This document shows positions 24,601-39,553 of a stretch of DNA of 64,000 nucleotides, piece after piece. The notes beneath the pieces were generated by a model. That model was not told where the DNA came from, made no database searches, and saw nothing but the letters and a program-made list of their open reading frames with translations. Positions within the stretch are counted from its first letter, which is position 1. Each line of letters opens with the position of its first letter. Source of the stretch: Podarcis erhardii (Eukaryota); the NCBI GenBank assembly GCA_964252035.1, contig OZ176203.1, one strand, 5' to 3'. Position numbers and translations under genes: made by a program.

Positions 24601-27600
24601 TCATCCTGGTAAGCTGTGTTACTTGCAGTATCATTCTAGTGTTCTTTTTCTCTCCTTTAGTATTATTTTATCTTTTGACTCTTTTTTTATTTTTGCCTTT
24701 TCTTGCGTATAGTTTTTTATTGTTTTTAAAAAGTGCTTTTGTTGTAAGCTGTCTTAGTGCCTATTTTAAAACAAAAGGCAGCATGCTAACCTAAAAATCA
24801 ATTCCTTAAGTTAACAGCTTGTCCTTTACTTACCAAAATGTATTATGTATCATTAACTGGTTGACTGTACTTTATATTTAATTGCCCTGACCTGAAAACA
24901 TAATTGTTCTATTTCAGCCACATTGCCAAAGAGTTCTTCCTTCAGTAGATCTGGTGCAGGGTCTCAGTTAAATGCAAAACTGCAAAAGGCACAATCATTT
25001 GATGTACCTGGGTAAGTATGACTGTTTTCTTTTTCTTTTTAACGCACTTTGGCAGCATTGTTACAGGTGACAGTCCTGCAGCTACTCAGACACAATGTTC
25101 CCATTCAGTTTAAGGGGATTGGTTGTAAATAAGTGGTTTCAGAGATGTATTCATAGTTTAAAATTAATCAGATGCTCTGTCATGTTTGATTGTGATGGAA
25201 TGATAATGGGATAACTGTCTCTGTTTTATAACTCCAGTGCATCTCCAGCAGCAGAATGGGCTGTTCCTCAATCATCAAGACTGAAATATAGGCAGCTTTT
25301 CAATAGCCATGATAAAACAATGAGTGGACACTTAACAGGTATTCTTTCGTTTTTAATTTTAAAAATTTGTGGACTCTGCTAAATGTGTTAGAGATTGTGT
25401 AGCGCAGGGGTTAAGAGGCAGGTCCATCAATGTCTCTTGGCCATGATACTGAGATGAAATTTCCAGATTCAGAGGCAACCAGTTGCTGGAGGAACAAACA
25501 GCCATGGAAGGCTTTTATGCTCTGCTGTGAGTCAACATCTAGTTGGCCACTGCTGGATATAGGGTACTGTACCAGATGGGCCCTTGATCTGATTCAGAGT
25601 CCCCAATCTTCCATTTTATGAAAATCTTGATGTTGAGCTTATCTGCATAGATTATTTTTTTCTAAATTTTGTTTTGTTTCTTAATCTCAATTAGAAGCAA
25701 GCTTTCTTACTTCCTATTACACTCAAAATATGAATAATTTTTACCTTATGAGTTATTATAATATTATATACCTATACACTCTAAGTTTTCTAAAGTAACC
25801 AGCACATAAAAATATACATACACCTGTGCATATAACTGTATAAAAATGTGCATGTATTAATATACTTAAAAAATTATGCTACAGATATAGTTTCTTTCTT
25901 TGGAGATCACTCGTGGCTGAGTAAGATTGTCTTCCATGAACATGGTCTTAACGATGTGTGCGTAAGTGACTGTGGAGGCCAATTCTGGATTCACATGACC
26001 TTTCACAGTGGGGACATAGGTTTCCGGGTGGGAGTTGATCACAGTGAGGATTTGCCAGGCATGCCTTCATCTTAGCTCATTCCTCTTTTTTGTCCTGAGT
26101 TTGTGCTTCTTCAAAGTGCAGAAATAGTACATCATGGAGCTTGACTCATTTATACTATTTATGTGTATAATATATGTACCGTATTTTTCGCCCCATAGGA
26201 CGCACTTTTTCCCCTCCAAAAATGAAGGGGAAATGTGTGTGCATCCTATGGGGCGAATGCAGGCTTTCGCTGAAGCCTGGAGAGTGAGAGGGGTCGGTGC
26301 GCACCGATGCCTCTAGCTCTCCAGGCTTCAGGAAGCTATCCGCAAGCCTTGCGCGCCCGGCGGGACCACCCGCCTGGTGCGCGAGGCTTGGGGCGGCAGC
26401 CGCGGCTGGGGGGGGAATAATTTTTTTTATTCATTCCCCCCCCCAAAAAAAGAAGTGCGTCCTATGGGCCGGTGCGCCCTATAGGACGAAAAATAAGGTA
26501 ATTCTTTTAGCATACAATGAGTCAGGCTTTTAAAAAACACAGCAGAAAATATATGAGCAGCTCAGACATAAGCAGACGCTTGATACAAGACGTATCAAGC
26601 TCAGTAGGGTCAGAGCTGCCAAATTCCACGTATAAATCCTACTCTCAGCTATCTAGGTTGATATAGGCAAGCTGGTATTTGTGCAGCTTCTCTCCCATGA
26701 GCGGGCACCCGCGCAATTTCCAGCATCTGCGTCTGCGCAGACGTGATTTCCAGCGCCACGAAAGTGTGTCCCCACGCTGCATTGCGCTGGTTTAGCGCAG
26801 CGCGCAGAGACTCACCGAGCGGGCGGCTCAGTTCGGGGGCAGCTCATGGGCTGGTAAAATGACCCCCGTGGGCCGCTTGTGGCCCGTAGGGCTTAGGTTG
26901 CCGACCCCTATGGCCCTGTCCCCAGGAAGTCACTAGGTTGGTCATTCACCTGCTCGCTGTATTCAGACTTCCCTTGACATACCTGTTGCTACTACATATA
27001 TGGGTGGAGGCAGACTTCCCCTAGAATCCACCCAGGCCAGAACACAGATAATTAAAACAAAAACAAATATTTAAGGAAGATAACATCCAGAAAAAGTAAT
27101 CATTTTTACAGGATACTCGGAGTTCTGTTATGCTGTTCTAACATAAATCTCTTTAATGATGGTGCTATTATATGCTTTCATTATCTCTCTCACCTCGTTC
27201 CCTCTTTCTTTTTGTATCTTCAGCCACTATTCTTTTCAACTGTCATTTTTTGACTGTCATTCTCCTTGTTACTCACTTGAACTCCACCCAGCATTCTGTC
27301 CCACTGCCCTGCTGTCAAACATTCACTCTTCTGTCACAAATCCCTACGCAGTTTGGGTCCTGATTATCTAGAGAACAGCTTATCTTGTGTATGTGCCATC
27401 TTCACTCTTGGCAGCATTTTGATTCAGGCCCCGCTCTGAATTCCTACGAAGAGGCCAAGTTTGCCTCCACTTCCTCTTCTACAGTGTTTTACTTTTTAGT
27501 TAGTTAGTTTGAAAATAACTGCTTTCTTCTCTAGCCTTTGTATTGTTATTGTGGTACTGTATTTTAATGTTACACAGTTGTACCTTGGACCCTGAATTCC

Positions 27601-30321
27601 TTGCGCGTCGAATGTTTTGGCCCCCGAACGCCGCAAACCTGGAAGTGAGTGTTCCAGTTTGCAAACGTTCTTTGGAACCTGAATGTCTGACGCAGCTTCC
27701 GATTGGCTGCAGAAGCTTCCTGCAGCCAATCGGAAGCTGCGCCTTGGTTTCCGAATGTTTTGGAAATCGAACGGACTTCCGTAATGGAATCTGTTCAACT
27801 TTCGAGGTACCACAGTATTGGTTTATTTAGATTGTATTATGGGTGTTTATGTTTGTAGTTTATGGACAGTATTTGAAATTAATAAGAAACAGAGTATATA
27901 ACTATGTAAATATTGTTGGGTTGAGGACATTGTTGGGTTGGTGTGGTGACTGGCTATGACTTAGGGCTGCTTCATGAGGACCACCAAATGTGCAGCTTCC
28001 CCACAGTAAACTCTGTGGCAACTCAAAGTGTAAAATGCTATATACAACTTCACTCATTAATTAATTAGGCGCAGCTACCTTTCCCATAAAATTAGATTGG
28101 TAGCTTTCAGAAAGGTAGATATTGGAAGGCTTTATTTCTGTTGCAATTTAAAAGATTGACCCAGTGTTACTGTTTATGTTGAAAATAGATACTGTAAGAT
28201 CTTAAAGGTTTATCACATAAGTGACTGTTTTGAAAATCAAATACTAAAATTTGAACATTTTGTCAGTTTCATGGTCTTATGTTTCCAATGCTTTAGGTCC
28301 ACAAGCAAGAACTATCCTTATGCAATCAAGCTTACCACAAGCTCAATTGGCTACAATATGGTAAATATTTTTCATAAAATTGTGCTTTAAGCATCAGAGC
28401 TACTTTAATTCTCCATATCCTTAAGTTTTTTCAGCTGTCTTCCTTGTTGTTATTAATATGACAGTTTAGTCTGTACTTGGCAGGGCTTTCCAGAAACAGA
28501 GCTTATCCCACCCTAAGAAAGTTTTCAATATACTGTATTTTTCTAGGAACAGGTGTTGTAGATTGTGCTTTTTCTTGGTTTTGATAGTGGGCAAAAACTC
28601 CAAACATGTAATTGGATCTTTTTTCAATAGGAATCTTTCAGATATTGACCAGGATGGAAAACTTACAGCAGAAGAGTTTATTTTGGCTATGCACTTAATT
28701 GATATGGCTATGTCAGGACAGCCATTGCCACCTGTCTTGTCTCCGGAATATATTCCTCCTTCATTTAGGTAAAATTATTATAGCTTTGATTTTGATCCTG
28801 AACCGTGATTAATTAGAAGATTATTTATGTTTTTGCTTGATTTCTGAAAAATGCATTAAGAAAAGGTTAATGTTATAATCTCCTGCGTGCATTATGCAAA
28901 AAACGAGCCATATTCCTTTATGTTGAAGTTGGTTGTTCTCTTTGTCAAAATTGTACTGAAGAATGGTAGTAGTTGGTATTTTTGAGTGAATGTATCATTT
29001 TAAGTTAGCTAAATTAAAAATTTCATTAGGCCAGCACACACTGACTGTGTGTATTGAAGACTGCTTTTCTTTCGCCTGGATTGAAATATTCATGGCATTG
29101 TCCCAATCATTAATCATGAATGCAAATTGTAGTGTGTCATGGCATCACAAATCCTGTTACAGTTGTGGCAGTATGAAACACTGACATGCAATCTCATAAT
29201 GAATTCACTGGATGACCTGTTTGCATCAAAGGCAAAGAAACTAAAAAACAAGATGTGTGCAGTAGTTGTGTGTCTAGGGCCACAGTAGAAATTGCCTCCT
29301 ATAGTGTAGTATTTACATTGACTGTGATTGGTCATACGATTGATTCACACATGCACATTCACTTGCCCAGTGGTAGCTTGCAAATTAAATGCACCATCAC
29401 AAACAGAATACTATCTCTCAAACCCACCACAATGTAAGCGGAATTGGTTTATATATGAATTAAATGGTGAGGAATCAACAAATGTATATGTAAACTGGCC
29501 TCTTGGTGGCTTTCAAGGCAGGCCTTGTTGAGGCTTTACTTATGCCAAAATGTACTGAATTTTAATTTTATATGAGTAGGTTAGTAGCCTGCACAGCACT
29601 CTGACTCAGTAACTAAATTGTAATGGAATTAATAACAGAAGCATTATTCATATACACATTTTAACCTACTATCTCTTCCTGACAGAAGAGTTCGCTCTGG
29701 CAGTGGTGTATCTGTTGCAAGTTCGGTGTCCACAGACCAAAGGTTACCAGAAGAACCAGTGTTAGAAGAAGAACAGCAGCAATTAGAAAAGAAATTGCCA
29801 GGTGAGTGTTGTTGTAAATAAGCGCACTTTGACCATCTTTTGGGGAGACACTAAAACATTTAGGAATCGGGGTGGGGTGGGGAATGCCACCTGGAGTCAA
29901 CAGGTGAAGTGCTGTCATTCCTGGAAGGATAGCCTCATATGTTTCATAGGAATTGGTTCCTATTTAACTGCTTTACACCTTTACAATGACCAGTATAATA
30001 TACAGAGAGGAACTGCATGTCTGTGCCTAAGAGTTGTGACTAGCAAAACCCGTTATCTTCCACAAATTATTGTAATCAACATGGAGGTGAATTTTTAACA
30101 AATGAGAAGTTTTCCTATCACACTCCAAGTCCATTTAACTTCAAAACATTTTAGAATATTTTTCTCTTGTGTAACCATCTGTAGGAATACTGAAATGAAT
30201 GAAAATAGGATGTTTGCTCAAATTGTTAATATTTTAAAGTCAATTCCAGTTGGATATTATAGTATTATTATATTATATTGTATTTTGTTTTGTATTGTAT
30301 TGTTTTGTATTGTATTGTAGT

Positions 30322-30366
<45 letters not shown>

Positions 30367-33300
30367 ATATCTCACGCGCTCCCCAAAACTGATTTCTTAC
30401 TGTAATTCTTTTTCTTAAAGTAACGTTTGAAGATAAGAAACGTGAGAACTTTGAACGTGGCAATCTAGAGCTTGAAAAGCGGAGACAAGCCCTTTTGGAG
30501 CAGCAAAGAAAAGAGCAAGAGCGCCTTGCCCAATTAGAAAGGGCAGAGCAGGAGAGGAAAGAGCGTGAACGGCAGGAGCAGGAACGGAAAAGGCAACTGG
30601 AATTAGAAAAACAGTTAGAAAAACAGAGAGAGTTGGAACGCCAGAGAGAAGAGGAAAGGAGGAAAGAAATAGAAAGGCGTGAGGTAAATGGACAATTTCA
30701 GAAGAAATACCTACTTGTCTAAAAACAAATTTTAAAAGGTATATTGCGGAATATTATGCTTTCTTCAAAATGTGTACAAAGTGAAATCATTTTTAAAATA
30801 AAATTAGAAATGATCTAATGTCAGTGCAACATTTTCTCAGGAAGGGTGTAGGTAATTACCCATTTCTTCACTTGGATCTGATAAATGATCATGTGAGTTT
30901 TGAGACTATGTTGAATTAAATCTACATAGATTCATGTATGCTCCCTTGATAGCTACACTGTACAATACTGACTATTCCTTAGCTTTGGAAGAAAACTGAA
31001 ACTCCAGATTTTGACCTTTTTAAAGCCCTGCACAGCTTGGTTCCATGTTACGTTAAGGACTGCCTTCTTCTGTATATACTCCTGCATATTTTATGAGTAT
31101 CCAAGGAGGCCCTGCTTTGAATTCCCTGCCACCACTTCCTTCAGAGTTAAAACAGGTGATTTTTCTCTCCACTGTAGAGCTTGCTTCCATGAGTGACCTG
31201 CCAGGCTTGTTTATTGGGCTTCTGGTAGTGTCTGGCATGTTTAGGAACATAGAACTACAGTATAGGGTTTGGAGGGACCTCGAATCTCATCTAGTCCAGC
31301 CCCCTGCAATGCAGGAATCTCAACTAAAGCATGCATGGCAGACGGTCATCCAGCCTCTGCTTAAAAGCTTCCACCACTTTCCAAGGGGAGTCTGGTACAC
31401 CGAAATAGCTCCTACCATCAGAAAGCTCTTCCTAATGTTTAATCAGAATCTCATTCTTTGTAAGTTGAATCCATTGGTTTGGGTCCTTCCCTCCAGAGCA
31501 GGAGAAAACAAGCTTGCTCCATCTTCCATGTCACAGCCATTTAGATATTTAAAGATGGCTCTCATGTGTCCTCTCAGTCTCCTCTTCTCTAGGCTAAACA
31601 TACCCAACTCCTTTAACCGTTTCTCATAAGGCTTGGTTTCCAGACCCTTCATCATCTTGGTTGCTGCCCTCTGCACACATTCCAGCTTGTCAATATCCTC
31701 CTTAAATTGTGGCGTCCAAAACTGGACACAGTGCTCCAGGTGTGGTCTGACCAAGGCAAAATAGAGCAGGCTATTGCTTTCCTTGATTGGGACACCAGAC
31801 TTCTGTTGATGCAGCCTAGAATAGCATTACCTTTTTTGCTGTTGCATCACACTGTTGACTCATGCTAAGCTTGTGATCTACTAAGTCCCCTAGATCCTTT
31901 TCACATGTACAATTGGCAAGCTAGGTGTCCCCCGCCTTATATCTGTGCAGCTGGTTCTTCCTGCCTAAGTGTAGAACCTTACATTTGTCCCTATTCAAAT
32001 TAATTTTGTTAGTTTTGGGCCCAGTTCTCCAATCTGTGAAGGTCATCTTGTGATATTTATCGTGGTGGTTTAGCTTGTAAGCTGCTTTGAAAGACTGTTT
32101 GGACTAAATGTATTGATTTAAATAGAATAAAGAGCAGTCAGCATAACTAGTTGACTAGTGTTTTATTTGACCCAAGTTCCCTTTTTATATCTACCTAATG
32201 CAATTTTCTTGTTGGTAAAATTTCCTTACCGCCCACCAGTGCTCAATGGAAGGAGGATTCAGCTTGTGCCATAGAACCCCCTACTGCCCACCTAGAATCC
32301 TGAAACGCCCACTAGTGGGTGGTAGGGACCAGGTTGACAACCCCTACTCTATAACATGAAACTGCTTGGAAGTGGAAGAATGTTTCAATAGCCTCTTAAC
32401 CCACCCCCCAGTGCTTTGTAACTCCCTTCCCCCGCCCACGTAAATCTTTTACTCCAGGGTAGTAGTAACATTTGAACCAGGATATTATCATTTGAATGCA
32501 GGAATTCTCTTACCTGTCCGTTCCACAGACATTCTCTATTGATGCTATTTCCAGAATAGCAATGTGTTTGTTTATGTACTCACAGAATCTCCTGGTTTAG
32601 ATGATACTTAGTACATGGTGGGAAAGGGAGAACTTAGAGAATGTATAGAAGCCCAGAATCCATTCAGTCTTGTTACACATAAAGGGATGACAGGAAGCAG
32701 TACATCTGCTAAATTGCAAAGTTTGCATTTGAATGGCTTGTAATGTGGCACAGATTACAAAAGTCTACAAATTATGTGTACATAATTTTAATCTTCTATA
32801 GGCTGCAAAAAGGGAACTTGAAAGACAAAGGCAACTTGAGTGGGAACGCAATCGGCGGCAAGAGCTCCTGAATCAAAGGAACAAAGAGCAAGAGGATATA
32901 GTTGTTCTGAAAGCTAAGAAAAAAACATTGGAGTTTGAATTAGAAGCTCTAGTAAGTGAGAAATACTGGCCAGAATCTTTCAAAGTAATGTATTTCACCT
33001 TGGATATAACTAACGATTTGAAACAACCATACAAATACATCATTTCCATAATGATTGTTTTTCTTCTTCGACTTACAGACCAGCCTAGAAGTATTTGCAG
33101 CAAATATTGCATTCTAATTTAAATTTTGATTAAACCAATTCTTTATTTTCTTGTTGAAGAATGATAAAAAACATCAACTGGAGGGCAAACTTCAGGATAT
33201 CCGATGCAGATTGTCTACTCAAAGACAAGAAATTGAGAGCACAAACAAATCTAGAGAGCTAAGAATTGCAGAAATAACACATTTGCAGCAGCAGTTACAA

Positions 33301-36300
33301 GTGAGTATGCAGTTACTGAAAATAGTTAGTTACTAAACGCTGTCTGTTCTGCTGTTGATGAAACAAAATAGAGCATAATGCAGTAATGCATGAAGGTCGA
33401 AACTAGTAGTTGTCAAATTTTATTATAACAGAAAATAACATGTTTAATTTTTGTTACATACTTCTTGTGCCATGAAGTCCCACTTTTATCATATTGGTGC
33501 ACCGCTAAACCTTAGTTTATTGCATCATACATAAGCAAGCACCGTGAGCTTTGGATTCCCTGCCACCATACAGCCAAGAGGAGACGTTGGCAAGCTTCTG
33601 CTTCTGCTTTTTGGTTAACTGCTTTTTATTGTGCTATTTGGAGCAACACATTGTGGTTAACATTACAGTGGTACCTCTGGATACGCACACCTCCAGTTGT
33701 GTATCCTTCAGGATGTGAAAGTGGCAAACCAGGAAGTATTTTTTTGGGTTTCGCCACATGCGCAGAAGCAGTCCTTCCGGTTGCGGAAACCTCGGGATCC
33801 GACTGGATCTCCAGAATGGATCCCGTCTGCAACTGGAGGTACCACTGTAATAGTTTTAAACAAACAAAATTAAAACTATGTTTTCTGAAGTTAGCTTGTT
33901 TTAAACTAACCACAGATAATCTTAACCACTGTTCTAGGTAAAGCTGTGCTTTACTAAATGTGGAAGTGATATCTTTTGAGCTACTCATTGGCTGTGCAAG
34001 AGAAGGAAAAGTAGGCAGCACACAAATTCAAGATGCTCTGTATCTCATTTCTGCTTGTGCACATTACACTAAACTTTGATTTTTATTTTATTAATTTACA
34101 CAAGAGGATTAATACTGCTTTATCATCTATAACCTCTAAGTAGTTACATAGAATATAAAATGAGCATTTAAAAGAATTCAGAAGCTGGATCATAGGAAGC
34201 AAGTTAACCTAAAAAAATTATCAAAATATAAGTAATAAGGGGCTGCCATCCCTGCTCATTCTGCTCAGCAACTCAGCCTAGCAGGCAACCCCTTTGCCAA
34301 TGCCTTTCCTCACACACCTGGCCAACCTCTCCTCCCTTTACACCCAAGCAGACCCCCCCCCTCTCTTTACACCTCATCCACCTCCTCCTCTGTACCCTCC
34401 CATGTCTCTGAACCTTCACTCCCCCTCATAGCTTGGCCCAAACCCCTCCTTCCCTCACAGCTCCCCCCAATGCCTTTTAAAGGAGGGTGTGAGGCATTTC
34501 AGAGAGTAGTTTGCCAATCTCTGAAGTGCCTCCTACCCTCCTTTAAGCAATACAGTGGTGCCCCACAAGACGAATGCCTCGCAAGACGAAAAACCCGCTA
34601 GACGAAAGGGTTTTCCGTTTTGGAGGCGCTTCGCAAAACAAATTTCCCTATGGGCTTGCTTCGCAAGACGAAATGTCTTGCGAGTTTTTCCGACTTTTTT
34701 TCCTTTCCCCCCCTTTTTTCTAAGCCGCTTATCTGCTTATCCGCTAAGCTGATAAGCCGCTAAAAGCCGCTAATAGCGCTAATCCGCTAATCCGTCAATG
34801 GGCTTGCTTTGCAAGACGAAAAAACCGCTAGACGAAGAGAATCGCGGAACGGATTCTTTTCGTCTTGCGAGGCACCACTGTACTGCATTGATGCTTAACA
34901 GAGAGGGAGGTGCTTCAGAGCTTGATTTGCAAACGGCTCTCGTCAGTTGTGCTGCAGCATTCTGTACTAACTGGACCAGGAACAAAGTAAGCCCCCATAG
35001 AGTACAATACTCCGACCAGTTGCTCAGCTTATCCTTCTAGACCTATGGAAAATTGCTTATTTTTGAACACTGGCTCTCTTCTCTCTCTCCCCGCCCACCC
35101 CCAGTCTAGCTAAAGATAAATAGTACGCCTTGAACACCAGTTTTTAATGTTGATTAGTATGATAGGTAGGAATCAAGTGGTGGTTACATGAGCAGGTCTT
35201 CAGTTCAAACACTCCTGGCTGCAGGGCAGAGATCAGAAGCTTTCACTTCTGTTTTCAAGTAACCAAAGTTCAGTGTTCCATCTAAACCCTAAACTGTGGT
35301 TAATCCTATCTGAGGTTTACTTAAATAAGGCAGCTTCCTGATCAAGTGACCTTGTTTCAGTAACCATAGTTAAGGCTAACCACATATCACATGACCACAT
35401 GTCATTGCTCACCTGTGGTTCATTAAAAATGAAATTAAAAGCTTCTAATTTCTTCCTTGCAGCAGTGCTGGAGGAAGAGAGGGGAGCTGATGTGTCCAAG
35501 ACTCATTCATGCAACAAGAAACCATCATTTTATTATTACATCTGAATGAAACCATTGTCGAAAGCCACTGTACATTTCAGCAATAAATGGTGCTTGTGTA
35601 GTTTTATATAGATTCCATAACCTCACCTTTTCCTCACCTTCGCAACATCTTGATATTAGTGCTTTGGAGTTGATCATATTCATCTGTCTTTCTCCCCTCC
35701 CTACAATCAGTTTTCAAGTGGTTGTCTACTTTTTCCCATTCAAAAAGCATGATATGAATGGGGTTTTTTTTAACTATTCGTTTGTAGCATTTTCTAAAAT
35801 ATGAAAAAAAAATCCATTTAAAAAGAGTGACAGAACCTCTCTGGGAGATGAGGTTGTGACATGTGAGGACATTGCTTTGGATATTAACATATAACTCGCC
35901 CAGATCTGGTTTATTGACAGTAGTAGGTGCTGACTTTTGCCATAGTACAGTCGAGCAATTAACAACATGGTATTTTAGTTGAAGCTAAAATTGATTATTT
36001 TTTGCTGGTTTTTTATTTTTGTAGGAGTCTCAACAGATGCTTGGAAGGTTGATTCCAGAAAAGCAATTACTCAATGATCAGCTGAAGCAGGTTCAACAAA
36101 ACAGTTTGCACAGTAAGTATAATTAAAACACAGTTCTATGTTTGAAACATACATTTATTACTAACCGGTTTTTTTTTGCCTTGAAAATTGCCAAACTGTG
36201 TGATCTACGTATTTGTAAGAAAGTATCTTTATTTGTCAACGTTTTTAAAAACAGGAGACTCACTTCTCACTGTCAAAAGAGCCTTAGAAGCAAAGGAGTT

Positions 36301-39300
36301 AGCACACCAGCAGCTTCGTGATCAGCTGGATGAAGTAGAAAAAGAAACAAGATCAAAACTTCAAGAGATAGATATTTTCAATAATCAGCTAAAGGTAATC
36401 ATGTCTAAGCTGTGACATTTTCTGAGTAAATACAGAAAGCCCAAGAATTTTGGACTTTAGGAAGCCGCCTTATACTGAGCCAGACCATTGGCCCATCTAG
36501 CTTAGTACTGTCTTCACTGACTGACAGCCCTACCTAGAGAGGTTAGGGATTGAACCCAAGATCTTCTGTATGTGAAGCAGATGCACTACTACTGAGCGAC
36601 AGCCATGCCTTACCAGTGCTATGGCTACAAGGTAGCAGAAGTATATCCTTGACCATTCAAAAAACATTGTGAGCGCTTTGCCTAAAAGGCAGGCAAAACA
36701 TTACCGGTAAATAAAATTACCATGAAAGTCAGACGTCTAAATTACAGAATTTTACTTGCTTTACTATGTAAGTTCATGGTACACAGAATAAATTGTGGTA
36801 ATATTTGATTTAAGCTTGTAAATCCATTTTTATATCAACAGACACGTAGCACTTACTTTCTTAGTAGGTTAGATGCTCTTTTCTGTACTAAAAATGAAAT
36901 AATTGAAAGCAAAAGAAAGGATGAGCTGATTGTGCAGATAGAGAGCATTGAAAAAAGATCAAGTTCCTCCTTATCCTTGCCCTTCATTTCACCCTTTCTA
37001 AAATGAAAATTGCTCTGAATAAAAGAGATACGCTGAATGTGATGCTAAAAGCACAAATCCATTACTTGTAGCATAATCGTAGCCATACAGTAAACTGATA
37101 TCCTTAGGCATTAGTGAAAGCTTTTTTCCTTTCATCCTGTGAATTCTGTGATTTCTCTTAAAGCTAATTGGACCCTTTCCTTTCATTATTGTAAGCTGCT
37201 TTCTGGCCAAAGCTGCCTTTTTCACTTCAGCATTGCAGACAAGATTAGGACTTTACTTTTGATGTGAGATTTCATAACCCACCAAACAACTCATCTAATT
37301 AATGATTTTTAGAGATTACTTAAGTTTTCAACATAAATCGCTCACCAGTAATCTAGTTAGTTCTTAAATAACAGCCAGAAATATTAGAGCTCACCTTAAG
37401 TGCTCGCTATTAACGAGACATGCTGTTGTGGCCATCATAACCAGACATAAGATTCAAATGTTCATTGAGATTCAAACGGTCATCACAAGCAGACATTAAG
37501 ATTCAAATGGTTATGGAGGCCATGAAGTCTTAAGCCTGCCCAGCAGCAGCCTCTGTATGAATTGAAGTCACCCAGCACTACTGTACCCCAGACACTGTCT
37601 CCGCCAGCCCAATAAAAAAGTCAATGGAAGTTTCAAGGCACTGAGAGCCTTGAATCTAAGCCACTTATTCTTTGAAGGTATCCCCTAATTAGACTTTGAG
37701 CATGAAATGTGTCCCATATTACTGTCACAAACTTATATCCCTGCCTATAGTATACAAATTAGCTTTCAGGTTATATATTAAAATTACATATATGAGCTTC
37801 CATAAGCACCACATTTGAGCCAAGTGATTAGTAAATACTCTGCTTTACTGTTAGCACTCTCTTGAGTAAGCAATGTACGCATTGGGTGTTGACCAATTGA
37901 ACTTTGCATTCAGAATCCAAAGTTTGAGAGGTATCTTTCCTTTCAGTGACAGCTTCCAGGTTCAGTAGTCTTCCAAGAATGTCCCAGTTTCTCATCAAAT
38001 AACTTCCTTCCTCATAGCTGGGGCAATAGTGTTTCTGGAGGCCACAGGATATCCCTTTTAGCAGCAAAATTTGATTACAAATCTTGTGTACTGATTGTAG
38101 TAGAACTTGTGTACTCTTGTGAACTCTTGTTCCTTGTAAGCCTTTCTAACATCCTAATTAAAAACTTAAGGCTTGGGAGAGCAGACTCAGGAAATTATTA
38201 AAGGGTTGTAAATTTGGATCAATAGTCCACAACAGGGTTGGTTACAAGAGCATAAGTGAAGTAATACAATTTTAAATTAAACACAAATGCAACAATATTC
38301 ACATATTAACAGTTTTTACATAGATCACAAAAAATACTTTTATAGCTGTCTTCAGCTGGCAATAAAAACTCAAGAATGATGATGCAAGATGCACCTTAAT
38401 AAAACAGGAGTTCCACATTTTGGAGGCTGCCACAAAGAAAGCCCTTTATCATGCCTACCACCCCATGGTAGGTATGTTAGAGTGCTCTCATCCATGTTTC
38501 TTCAGGTTCAGATTGGGATGTACACCATAAGAGAGTCTGTGTACTGGTCCAGTAAACGCTTCCGCTGCGCAACCAGCAACAGTTCTCTTTGCAGAGCATT
38601 AATTAAGTCCAGTGCAGAGATTCTTGTTGGAGTACAAGCTTCAGAGTCTCAGCAGCAAAGAAATAACGACACAGGGAAGCCTGTCTTTCCAAAGACAGGT
38701 TTATTGCAGAAAGATAACAGAAACACCTCCGGAGCTTTCAGACATTTTTGCTTCACGCCCCACAGGCAGAGAAAACAAGCACTCTTTATATACTGAGCAA
38801 CTTAACAACTTAACAAGCTTGACTACTTAAAGTCACATGACATTGCTAACTTGCCAGCGTCTTAGGTTTCACACCCTAACACACCACTCTAGCCTTTGAC
38901 TGTCCTGCTTCATTACATGCAGGTCACTACAGTACCAAGGTGACCTGTGAACTCCACAGTGGCAAGGGCTTTCAGGAACAATAATATCAATCACCATATA
39001 CATGTCTCAAATCCATAGCAATACCCTCAGTAGAAGTACCAGCCATATCGGCCAGAAAATCCCCCAGAGTATTCAGGAACCATTTCGTAATTCTCGATGA
39101 GTGGACCATCTCAATGGGTCCTCCACCCTTGCGGAGTGGGATAGTTGCTCCTAATTCAAACCTCACCAGGGAATGATTTGTCCATGACAGTAAACTTCAC
39201 AATCAACAAAGTACTGCTGACTTGCTGGGGGGAACCAAGTTGAGGGTGGCTCTGAGCACATGGATTGGGCCATTGTACTGGGATAGGCCCATGCTTGTCA

Positions 39301-39512
39301 ATAAATCCTGAGTTGACCCATTTGAAGCAGTCTTAGCATGAATGTTGAAGTCCTCTAACACATCCAGCTTGGTCGGGGAAAGTTCATTGCAGCGGGCAGT
39401 ACACTAACAACACCACTGTTGTGTCCCTTTGACTCAGTACCAGAAACTGCCCCTCACAATATGGATTGGTCTCCTGGTGTAGAAGACACACTTTTAATAG
39501 ATGATTGTCACA

Positions 39513-39553
<41 letters not shown>

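Noticed and set aside
29683-29688. NAGNAG acceptors at exon 11 (CAG AAG) and exon 18 (TAG AAG)
   Set aside because: The distal AAG is a weak acceptor and the effect would be one residue; unsupported without reads.
31093-31629. 178-aa plus-strand ORF
   Set aside because: Antisense shadow of the CR1 ORF2 remnant.
37430-37512. Imperfect repeat of AGACAT(T)AAGATTCAAATG
   Set aside because: A short degenerate local duplication with no termini or function evident.
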